A stretch of 64,000 bases of DNA, from positions 715,262 to 779,261 of the forward strand of contig NW_002060963.1 of NCBI RefSeq assembly GCF_000150275.1. The letters are read 5' to 3'. Below are positions 14,611-26,222 of the stretch, piece after piece. The notes under the pieces are model-generated. The model did not search any database, was not told the origin of the DNA, and was given only the letters and a program-made list of their open reading frames with translations. This DNA is from Trichoplax adhaerens (Eukaryota > Animalia > Placozoa). The position numbers and the translations under genes were made by a program. Each line of letters starts with the position of its first letter. The first letter of the stretch is position 1.

Positions 14611-15290
14611 ACAATAGTAAAGTCGACGTTCTAAGTTAGAACGTCGACTTTTACTATTGTACAGCTATTGAGTTATTGGATACAAGCTTACTTTCTAACT
14701 TATAACGTCGACTTTTACTGCTGTGTAGCTATTGAGTTGTTGAATACAAACTTACTTTCTAACTTATAACGTCGACTTTTACTGTTGTGCAGCTATTGAG
14801 TTGTTGAATACAAACTTACTTTCTAACTTATAACGTCGACCTTTACTGTTGTGCAGCTATTAAGTTGTTGGATACAAACTTACTTTCTAACTTATAACGT
14901 CGACTTTTACTGTTGTACAGCTACTGAGCTCTTGGATACTTATATTATTCTAACTTACGTTCTAACTTATAACGTCGACCTTTACTGTTGTGCAGCTATT
15001 AAGTTGTTGGATACAAACTTACTTTCTAACTTATAACGTCGACTTTTACTGTTGTACAGCTACTGAGTTCTTGGATACTCATATTATTCTAACTTACGTT
15101 CTAACTTATAACGTCGACCTTTACTGTTGTGCAGCTATTAAGTTGTTGGATACAAACTAACTTTCTAACTTATAACGTCGACTTTTACTGTTGTACAGCT
15201 ATTAAGTTGTTGGATACAAACGCACTTTCTAACTTATAACGTCGACTTTTACTGTTGTACAGCTACTGAGTTGTTGGATACTCAATTACT
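14611..15290. repeat. 64-bp minisatellite (10 units, two 75-bp variants) headed by a 50-bp palindrome
   Basis: AACGTCGAC anchors at 14640, 14704, 14768, 14832, 14896, 14971, 15035, 15110, 15174, 15238 (spacings 64,64,64,64,75,64,75,64,64). Confidence 0.95.
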
Positions 15291-15872
15291 CATATGTCAT
15301 GAAGATTACCATTTAAACCCAATCATCATCATCAAGCGATGAGTTATTGACTGAGCTGAATAATTTGAATTTTCTTGGCGATCATCTCTACAGAACAGGT
15401 TGGTCAAGTGATTTACAACCCGTCGACGGCCATCGTATGGTATTGCCCGGTAGACCGATATGACGACGAGACTTGTAGAATGCTTGCAGCGACCTTACTG
15501 TGCAATTGTACATGTCACAGCGAGTGATAGTTTATATTGGAAAGTTGAAAGAAATCAAATAGTTCAATGCTGCAATAAAAAGTATAAAAAATATGCAAAG
15601 CCAATTGCTCAAGGTTGTGCTGATCTATCTCAATTGAAAGTCCATTTCTTCACAATTTAAAGACATCATTGACGATATAATCAGGCAAGACTAGAGGTAA
15701 ACCTCTTTTCAGCCATTTTCCAACACTTGCCACGCCCCTGACCCCAATAGTGCTTACAGTATAGAGATCACTGGGGAGATGATGTCAATGCGATGGACGT
15801 CCAATACGGTTACGGTACAGCTGTACCGTATCGATGTCTTGCTACCGTACAGTACAGTACCGTACAGTACGT

Positions 15873-16292
15873 GCTACACCGATAAGTGCGGTACGTACTG
15901 TACAGTACTGACTTGTGGATTGACCCGAACATACGCACGTACTGCAGTGCCAACAATAAAGATGTCATTGTACAGTACTGTACGTCACGGTAGACTCAAG
16001 TCACCTGACGAGCTACACCGATAAGTGCGGTACGTATTGACTTGTGGATTGACTCCAACATACGCACGTACTGTACTGCAGTGCCAACAATAAAGATGTC
16101 ATTGTACTGTACAGTACTGTACTGTACGTCACGGTAGACTCAGGTCACCTGACGAGCTACAGTACACCGATAAGTGCGGTACGTATTGACTTGTGGATTG
16201 GCTCCAACATACGCACGTACTGCAGTGCCAACAATAAAGATGTCATTGTACAGTATTGTACGTCACGGTAGACTCAAGTCACCTGACGAGCT
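15873..16292. repeat. Three-copy tandem repeat (139/144/134 bp) in the putative promoter of the TM7SF2-like gene
   Basis: Units start GCTAC at 15873, 16012 and 16156 and end GTCACCTGACGA. Length differences are entirely CAGTA/CTGTA insertions. Confidence 0.95.
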
Positions 16293-16904
16293 GACGTCGA
16301 CTTGCCTGGGTGACAACATCGTCTCCACTTCATCTTGCCCCCCAAATCTTCAATATCAGTCGAGCTTAGAAATCTGCAGGAAAAAGGGAAAAAGGAGAAG
16401 AAGTAAGTCGATATTAGCATTAAAAGTAATTCTTTCTATGTCTTGTTCAATCATGGTCATTGTGAATGGTATGCTGTGCAATTAGGATTGATTTGTAATG
16501 GATAGTACAAACTTTACGCTCCAATGAACAGAATCAACTTGGATCAAAGAGAGCATTTATTTCTCTGACAATGTTCCTTTCACAACGATTTCATACACGC
16601 ATCAATGTATCCAATTTGGACACGCTGTCTACGCATTCATCCATAGTGGGTGATATAGGGTTACTTTACATGATAACCATGTTGGTATAAAAGTGGAAAA
16701 TGGACAGCAATTGTACAGTAAAGAAATTAAAACTTTTTCAAATACATCCAAGAAGTCAAGTTGAGGCAACCACAAGCGCTATGTTGCGCGTGTAGACCAA
16801 TAATTAAGCTACCATTCAATAGCGGTTCAACAAGAAGTATGAACCCGATATCATGGCGAAAGAGCTAGTATTTAGTATGGGGAGGGGGGGGGGGGGAGAG
16901 ATAG

Positions 16905-17280
16905 ACTATCCAGGAATGAAATACAACTAAATCAACTTGACAATAATGTGGATCATTTCATTGCCACTATACTTTGTAATACAACTTTACTGCATTTTCT
17001 GACGTACAGTATACGAATACTTGCAAGGGGTAGTCTGCTCTGATTCCAAAACAACTCAGGCAATAACAGGCTATGGACCATATATCGACATATGACATCG
17101 TTTGTAACTCGGGGACAGGCTATCCAGTAATGAAATACAACTAAATCAACTTGACAATAATATGGATCATTTCATCCCCCCACTATACTTTGTAATACAA
17201 CTTTACTGTATTTTCTGACGTATACGAATACTTGCAAGTGGTAGTCTGTTGTGATTCAAAACAACCCAGGCAATAACAGT
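16905..17280. repeat. ~165-bp direct duplication (16905-17070 and 17120-17280) in a probable 5'UTR intron
   Basis: CTATCCAG.AATGAAATACAACTAAATCAACTTGACAATAA...CAGGCAATAACAG present twice. Confidence 0.9.
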
Positions 17281-17464
17281 CAATGCACAAGTTTCCAAAT
17301 TAGAAGAATCACGAGTATCACCATGGATTGATTTATCTATTTGTGCACTCAGTCACAAAACCCCAATTGCATAGGAATTATTAAGTGATGCTGTTGTGAT
17401 AGAATTGATTTTTTTTTACAGATACAGATCCAAATCCAATTATTTTCATGCGAAAACAAGAGAT

Positions 17465-20085
17465 ATGGCTTCCCAGAAACAAGGTCATGCTTATGAATTC
17501 GGTGGGCCCGTCGGTGCCGCTTTCTTAGTAGTTATCTTACCATTAATAGTGTTAGGAATCACTTGGCTATCAATGACAACAGATTGGAAAATTACCTTAC
17601 CTCAAGAGCCACTACCATCAATAAGTGATTTATGGGATTTAGACGCTCTAAAATTGGTGTGTGTCTGGAACCTGCTTCAGGCACTTTTCTACCTCTCTCC
17701 CTTGGGCAAGGTAAGAAATACTAATCATTTCACTTCAGGAATTTTCTAGACATATCATTGGAGAATGTGTTAATACGAGTATACGTGCATTACAGTTAGT
17801 GCTCAGGTAATAACCAATGGAATAGCTGCAGTAAGAAGTTACTTGATTGATCATAAAATATTCCACTATCGGACAAGAATGTAGCATCGACCAGTACACA
17901 ACTTTGACAACTGTAGCAGAAATGATGTGTTAGCCAATATCATTATAATCGATTTCTAGAATACGCATCTTTACTATAAAGTAAGTTACCGTAGACAGTC
18001 GTCCATGTCCTACCGCACTACTAACCACTTCGATTAATCATGACTTTTATGGAATGGCCCAACACTTGTAGCGTCGAATCTATTACTTATTGTTAATAGC
18101 AGCTAACTGTATTATAAACGTTTATAGACTGCGTTGGGCTTTCCACTCAAGGATGGTAGCCGATTAGCTTACTATATGAACGGTAAATAAACACTGACGA
18201 AAGATACGTAATGTGATGCGTTGATCTAATACTACAGCAATACTATTTAGGTAAATGTAAATTAAATTGACACAGTAAAATAAATGTGTATCCTCGTTTT
18301 ATGATACCTAGGATTGCCTGCCTTCCTATTAAGCTGTGTTGGGCTTGCTGTGTGTTATCATAAGAACCTGCTTCCTTTAACATTCGCCTATGATCGATTT
18401 ATACAATTAGCTTTCGCATCGTGGTTCTTTTCCCTAGTGTTAAGCATATACCTATTCACTACAGCCATAGCGAAAGGTACAGGCTATTCTCAACCCGGAA
18501 ATTCAGGTAATTATTAATCCAGTTAGCTGTATATCAACAGAGAAAGATCTCTATAAATGCAAAATACAGTAATACTACTACGTCAATGCAGACATCACAA
18601 CAAAGTGGACAATATGTACTATTGATGAATTACAACTTGATTACTGTAGGCAATGTCATATATGACTTTTTTATGGGTCGTGAGTTAAACCCTCGCATTG
18701 GCAACCTTGATCTTAAAGTATTCTACGAAATGCGTCCAGGTTTAATCGGTTGGGTATGTATTACTAATACAGTATGTAGGGATTAATTATTATAATGCTA
18801 TACCACTTGATTGTTAGGGATGCCATGAATATCAAGGTTAGAAGTATTAATGATCTTTTCCGCGATTATCATACAAATAGATCATGATTAATTTTTGCAT
18901 GGCCGCAAAACAATACGAAAAGCATGGTAGTGTGACAACATCGATGCTCTTGGTTTGCTTCTTTGAATTTTGGTATATATTGGATGCCTTATGGTTTGAG
19001 GTACTAATCGCCAATTATGACGTTAATTTCTAGCGGTTACATGACCATTTACTTGGTAGAGAATATGAAAAATAATACATTTTAGTAACGAATTTCAATA
19101 ACCTGCTTATTAGGAAGCTATACTGTCTATAATGGACATTACTCATGAAGGATTTGGCTTCATGTTGGCTTTTGGCGATATTGTGTGGGTTCCATTTTTA
19201 TATTCTTTACAAGCAAGATATCTTGTCGATCATCCGGTCGATCTACCATTATGGGCTATCGCAGGAATTCTTATTTTACAAAGTACGTATATTATAATTT
19301 TCTAATACAGTAACGAGAATTGAAAGCATTTTGTTTGATAACACGATCACATGTATAAGCATTTGAATGAATATTTTTGAAAGGTTAGCAATATACATAT
19401 ATTTATAAAACTGATTTAGTATTCTGTTTTTCCATTGTAGCTGCTGGTTACATTATCTTTCGTAGATCTAACAGTACGAAGAATGAATTTAGACGCGATC
19501 CTAATAGCCCAGCATCGAAACGTAAGCATTGTACCCTAGTTGCTACCTATTACTTTGGAAAGCTTTCTATTAGTAATCGGTTACTTATGTCATTGCCTCG
19601 TATGCTTATCCCAAAATGGAGCTTTGGCAATTCACATTTGCTACTTACTTCGTATAATATGAACAAGCTTTTAATTGATTCTTTTACTATATCACAGGCC
19701 TTGAAACCTTGACTACCGATAATGGTAAGAAATTAATTATTTCTGGTTGGTGGGGAATGTGTCGTCATCCTAATTATCTTGGAGATCTAATGATGGCATT
19801 AGCATGGTGTCTTCCGTGCGGTAGGTCGACTACCATTCATTATTTTAGCTACAATTATGTCATGCCACAGTTATAAACCTAATGTAATCAAGGAATTTAT
19901 GTAACAATCATTCTATTTGGATAGGTTTTGGTAGTATTCTACCCTATTATTATATTATCTATTTCACTATCCTTCTTATACATCGTGAAAGACGTGATTC
20001 TGAAAATTGCCAGCATAAGCATGGTAAAGGCTGGGATAAATACTGTAAAATAGTAAAATATCGCATCTTTCCAGGTATCTATTAA
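17465..20085 (+). CDS. TM7SF2: Delta(14)-sterol reductase, TM7SF2/ERG24-like (no Tudor domain); about 417 aa, 9 exons
   Basis: Exons 17465-17710, 18128-18182, 18312-18506, 18650-18753, 18881-19000, 19114-19282, 19441-19521, 19698-19820, 19925-20085 (1254 nt, phase-consistent). Motifs [68 protein letters not shown]. Strict orthology to vertebrate TM7SF2 is untested. Confidence 0.92.
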
Positions 20086-21674
20086 CCTTACAGATAGTCA
20101 AAATCATAATATTTCTTACATGAAATACGACTCAAATAAAAAGATTGATGCATAATTTCTACTAAGTTGAAGTTAAATATAGCTATTTGTTTGCCTAAGC
20201 TTCTAAACAGCCCTTGGATGTGCACTTTTAAGGCGTATATAGCTAAGTATTAAATTCTTAGTATAATTCTTATTATCAATCGAATCTGCTCTACAATCTA
20301 CAAAAGCATTTTTGTATTTGCACTGTTATAATAATAGTGTATTAGTCCTATATTTACATTTACAGTACAGCACAGTATACTTAACAGTACCATATGAAAA
20401 TAATGGTCTAATTTAATGCATTACCGACACTATCAATTAATTAATTAAACCTGACACTACGCGTATTAGCACTAGCTTGTAGAAAGGCTTATTATTAGTA
20501 TATAAACTTGTGCATTTGTGCACAGTATCACAGTGTCAATCTTCTTATATATTTTTTTCAAGTCGGTCTGTTTGTCTGCTATACTCACCCATTTCAACGT
20601 GTTAAGCATCAAGCTCCTGTGCTACGCTAGTCGCTACAATTAGGTTGTATTTGTACCAGTGCCTCACCTACTCATTGTTTAAGACATATTTTAAAACTAT
20701 TGACGTGGTCAAATTTTATTAAAAATCTAAACTCGTTGACTTAAGACTGCCTGCTATATGATGGAAGAAGTTCAAATTGTACTTTTAAGCATGCAAATAA
20801 TTTGATGGCATACTATAGTTTCTTCATCAATGAAACTGACTGTGTGTCTGACTTATAACTGATTTTCGAAAGCTACAGTGACATAATCCGTGTACTGTGT
20901 TTATATATAAACGTCTACTGTATTACTGTCACGATGCTGGTCAGACCTTCATAAAAGAGCTTATACTTTAAATCTGGTCACAGGCTACAGGATTATTTAT
21001 TTTCTTCCAGGTCACAGCAACGATAATAGTGGACTGTACAGCATCGAAAAGGTTGAGCATATGTGTATAATATATATATATATTATCGCAATCTGTAGCA
21101 TTGTGAGCTAATTCGATAATACTTTCACAAAATAATATAGTAGAATTTTAGTGAACAAAATACAGTACTACTGCCCAGAGACAGAGTTATACTGTAGGTA
21201 CAGTTCTGTAAAGGTGAAATGTAAGTTAGGTGCATCAACTTAAGCTTTGAAGGAAAAATGTCTATTAGCTAGAAATTAGTGTAATATCATCGCAAAAAAG
21301 TTCAGAACATACGTAATATAATGTCCACCTGACCGACTACTACTAACGACGATGATGCGTAAATGTTATGACTTGATAATTTCTACTGTAACGGTACATG
21401 ACATGAAGCGATTACGTAAAAATTTGATGGTATCATGAAAATAGCAGATAATCAGATGCCTAATGGCATCATTGACGACAACTATGGTTATCTTAAAATG
21501 TGTCTAATTTTAATATTACATGTCACGCATGTCCTTACGGTGATGACACCTGCATGAACAAGTGTACTGTACACTTTCTAAAAGTAAAAGCGTCAGTAAG
21601 ATTAGTAGATGTGGTAATTAATTACAAAATACAACGTAGAATTATACGTTGTTGTATTCTCGTAACAAAGACTA

Positions 21675-24600
21675 CTAATAAAATCCTGGAAGTATCCTCC
21701 ATGGTACTATTTGACAGTAGTGCAACCAATCATCACCATACTTGCGATGACAATGTTTCCAATCCTCACGTTCTCGATCCAGCAAGAGAAGCAGCAATAA
21801 AATGAAATAGGAATAAGGGAGAATGTGATTGAAGCCTATGTTAAATACGCATCAGAATAAATTTAGTTCATTAGGATAATATTTAAGAAAATGTAGTTAG
21901 AAACTGAACTTAGTCAATGTACTAGCGCTTATAATATTATAAAACTGTTGGTATTTACCGCATAGAAGACACCATGATAAAGCCATGATCAAATCTCCGA
22001 GGTAGTTGGGATGATGACAAACACCCCATAACCCTGAGACGATGAGTTTCTTACCGGACGATGTCTCAATTGTTTCAAGATCTATATAAACGGTAGCAAA
22101 AATAAGGCTACTAATTAGGAGCATGAAGAACATTGTATTTTTATGTAAGAAATTTTAAGTACTTTTGCAACAGACTAGGGTAATTAGCAACATGTCTATA
22201 TAAAATTAGTCAGATGTTAGTTCTATATGGATGGAATCATCACGTTGAAGCTTGATTAGATTCAATCATTAATTATACAATCTATCAAGTAAACTATTCA
22301 ATCCTAAAATGAAAAAGATGAGGTTTGTGGGCATAGAGTAGTGCAATTGCGTTATTCTATTACCTTTTACTTCAACACAATTAGGATCCATTCGTAGCTG
22401 ATGTTTAGTATTATTCGCAGATCGATAAATAACGTATCCAACCGCTACAATCATCAAGTTATTTCAAATAGCAATTATGGAAATCATGAGTTGTTTAGAA
22501 CGATTTTTATGGAAATCAGTTTCAATTTCAAAAGTAATGGAGATATTTACCATTTAGAGCGACAATACCCCCATAGCAATACCATGACAAGTGCTTAGGA
22601 CTATTTTTAATCAAATATTGGCTTTGTAGAGTGTACGAAAATGGAACCCAAACATTAAATGCGAAAATGATGATGTACCCAAATCCAACATTAGCTGTGT
22701 CCATTCCGGTTAAAAAGTTATCCTATAGAATTACATTAATTTCCTCACTATGTATGCATCCAATACGAGTAGAACTACAATTACGTTTGCCTATCAGTTT
22801 ACGCTATATTGCTATAATTGCTATATTTCAGTACTATCAATTTACTATTGGACTTATTAGCTTATTGAAATAACATCATTATCCATTGTAATTTTGTTTA
22901 TATGGCTAATCTAAACTAACAATCAACTGTGAGAGTAATCGGAAAATCTTACCTCCCACCATAAACCATCAGCAACGTAACAAAAGTGGAAAATACAGAT
23001 TAATACCATGGGAGTGCTTAATGTCATATTATTCTCTTTCAGATGCACAGAAAGCAAACAAAAGTCTATGATAACCTAAATGGTACAGTATCGTGAGAAA
23101 TACATGTAAGTTAACGTTGCCAACGCAAGATTATTGTCAATGAAGTTCTTTACCCATCCGATAAGGCCAGGGCGAGTCATGAAGAAAAACTTGAGATCAA
23201 GATCGCCAATACGTGGATTTAATTGGCCGCCCATAAAGAAATCATACAACCAGGAGCCTAAAGATGAATTTAATATATTACAATTTAATACAGTAAATAG
23301 CATCATTATGTAATTACAGAATCGGAGTTATTACCAGAAGGCGGATCAGTGCCTTCCACTCTGGCTTTAATAACGGCAAATATACAGAGTGCCAAGGAGA
23401 ATGCTACAGATGCAGTTCCAAGTTGAAGAAGTTTCCCAGCTATTAATTCCACTGAAAATTTCTGATAGCAACACAAGTACATAAACCCGCAAATGCTAAC
23501 GATAAAAGCAAAGAAACCTACAAAAAATAACGCACCAAATTATTATTAAAAATTAACGATTATCTTGGTAAAGGATTACTCGACTACTTGCTAGCAATAC
23601 GACAATGGTATATTTGAATGAATAAAGTTACACTATCACACCTGCAAGACATGCAAAATACTTACCATTGGCGCGATATTTTAAGCGGGTACCATCACGT
23701 AAAGGCAAGCCTTCAACAACCTATATGCAAAAACACCATACAGAAGTATACATTTAAGTCATGATTATATTTGATGTTTATCAATATCCTATTCTTTGAC
23801 TAGTTTAAATACTGTATAATTGTACATAAATTGCATTTACCCTGCCGATTGGTAGTAAAGCCAATCCTGCCTGGAAAGAAATCCATACTACAACCATGTA
23901 GAATGCTTGCCAATCCCATAATTGTTGACATGTAGGCCAACGCTTTGGCCATCTTAAAGCCCAATTAAAATTATCCCCATCACTGCGTGGTATCCAGTTG
24001 AGTAAAAATGGAACAACTTCCATGACGAAAAGTGCCATAAATAGGCCAACTATCTCTCCCCAGCCATGATAGGTGGAAGTCGGTGTTGGACTGGGTGCTG
24101 ATATTGTAGTGGATGCAGGGGCCGGTTGAGAGCTTCTAGATGAACTTTCCTTTTTGGTCGCTGATTCAGAAACTTTAGTAGAAAGTGGAGTTTCTGCAAC
24201 AACTGCTACTTCTAATTCTTTAGCAATGCTTTTCGACGCTTTACGATTCGTACTTCTTCTAACGTTTCCTCGTGCTGGTGAACGAGAACGTGAGCGTGAG
24301 CGAGAACGTGACGGTGATCGGCCAGCTTGTTTGCGTGGTGTTCGTGATCGACCTTGTGGGGTCTATTTTGGTTATTAACAAATGATATTAGTAACATCGC
24401 CTAAACTAGCCCTATCATCATCATGAATGAAAATTTTGCATATTTTCGGCACTAAGTTAACAATATTGCTATCATTACAATAAAATATTTCATCATGTAC
24501 ACTGTACTGTACAGTACTTTTATCTGCAAGAGATACGAGTAAATTACGGCATAATCAAAATTTGATTAGAGTGGGGAAGATCTCGAACAATGAAAGAAAT

Positions 24601-25819
24601 TACCAACATTGAAAAAAAAAAGTTTCTATTAGATAGGCCCTATATTTGTATCTAGTATGTAGAGCTTAACTACGTCTACAGTCCGAATTGAAATATGTAT
24701 AGTGGGGATTGGTAGTTTTTGTGCTATGGGTGTTTTAAATGATCTAGTGAACAATTTTACACATTCAAATTGTATACAGCATTGTACTGTATTGCATTAG
24801 AACTACTAATTTACAAGTAAACAACCGATGCCGATAACAGAACGTTTACATAATTCTTGTCTGACGTCAATAACGTTGACAGTGGAAATCCAACTGTCAT
24901 TGTCATGAACATGATGATATCGACTATTTCTATCATAAAATAAAATAAACGTTCGTATCTTATGCTACTGTAGTATGAATGATTCAATAGTAGATGCATT
25001 CGTATTCAAGTTATTGTAATGAGAATTAAAGGCATTCTTTTAAAATGAGTACAAAAGTGATGATGATATTGCAATTGTTCATAGGTAGAAGCGATTTGGA
25101 TCATCCAGTAGAACTTGGCGTCACGGATTAGCTAAGATTGCATAAAAATGGATAACTGTACAAGTCAGTGAAGGACTAATTGTGATCGCGAAGCTACAGT
25201 AGGATCCATTCAATTCGATGATGGCGAATGTTTACGCGATTGATCGATTCATCCTGACCTATCCTAGCGGATAGTAGGATTGATCGCTTAAGTAGACAAT
25301 TCCATGCTGTTCATAAGTTCATCAAGGAATCAAAAAGTAATAGTAACATCAGGAATAACAAGATAATCGGTCATCAAACAATAACATTTAGATATGCACA
25401 CACACACGCACCAAAAACTATTTTGCGGTACAGTAGAGCAAAGTCGATGCGTAATAATAATGAATTGATGATTAATCCGAGTGTTGTGTTCATTGCACTG
25501 GGATGAAGATGTTTCCCTAATTTTTCTTTACCTTGGATAAAATTACTTTACTTGCCAATAAACGTTGTATCGAATTACTACCATCAAATTTGACAGTATA
25601 TCGTCCATGATTATCTGTAATGGTAGCAGGAAAATATTGATCACTTCCTTCCCATTCAGCTAAAACTTGTGTGCCAATATCGTAACGTAGGACCCTCCCG
25701 CGTGTTGCACTAGCAGCACCACTAGCCGTTGTCGTGGACGAATTGCCAGCTGTACCACTGCTTTGCCGACGTGATGGCGATCGGCCGGTTCGTGATGAAC
25801 GTCTAACAGATGAAGACAT
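21675..25819 (-). CDS. LBR: Lamin B receptor-like (N-terminal Tudor domain, RS region, sterol-reductase-family TM domain); about 603 aa, 10 exons
   Basis: Exons (minus) 25819-25532, 24362-23841, 23720-23666, 23517-23335, 23257-23154, 23075-22953, 22722-22551, 22444-22364, 22081-21959, 21835-21675. Tudor [24 protein letters not shown]; [15 protein letters not shown]; [14 protein letters not shown]; [14 protein letters not shown]; WRILPGFY*. Confidence 0.92.
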
Positions 25820-26176
25820 GATGAATTTTTTTTCCAATGTCAAATGGGTTGCCAAAAAAATAAATCCCAATGATCTCTTCGGTTGCGATCAAGCTAACAG
25901 AGCGTAATAAAGTCGAATGGAGCTTTGCTGCACTGTATTAGACTGGAATATACTGCGTCGAGCTATAACCAATAACTACTGGCAAGCGCAACTTTCAAAT
26001 CCAAATGTTGAATGATCTCGATGCAAACGTTGATCCGCTCGCTCTCCTTATACTAACTCCTGTTAAATGCTGATTGTTGATAGTCAATTGGTCGTTATTT
26101 CAACTGTTGACGTTCATCAGTACTAGACTGTATTGAACAAGGGAAGAGTTTGTTTTGAATAAGCGGGAAAAATCCT

Positions 26177-26222
26177 ATTGGTCACTTGCTGGAATTTCAT
26201 TCGTTAGTAACAGTCACGTGAT
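26177..26222 (-). promoter_or_regulatory. Candidate SREBP-type E-box (ATCACGTGA) and CCAAT box upstream of LBR
   Basis: TCACGTGAT at 26214-26222 and ATTGG at 26177-26181, about 360-400 bp upstream of the ATG; motif match only. Confidence 0.3.

Noticed and set aside
14640-15290. Regularly spaced palindromic GTCGAC repeats resembling a CRISPR array
   Set aside because: The intervening sequences are copies of each other, not unique spacers; the context is eukaryotic and no cas genes are present.
15779-16485. ORFs of 81 and 103 aa with repeated peptide
   Set aside because: They are translations of the tandem repeat; 5-bp indels shift frames between copies.
16879-16896. Poly-G tract (possible G-quadruplex)
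   Set aside because: A simple homopolymer with unreliable length and no supporting context.
8979-20047. TACTGTA inside coding exons (KCNH YCS, reductase YCK)
   Set aside because: These encode conserved Tyr-Cys residues; they are coincidental, not footprints.
24154-24378. Plus-strand ORF with an ERERERER run
   Set aside because: Antisense of the LBR RS domain.
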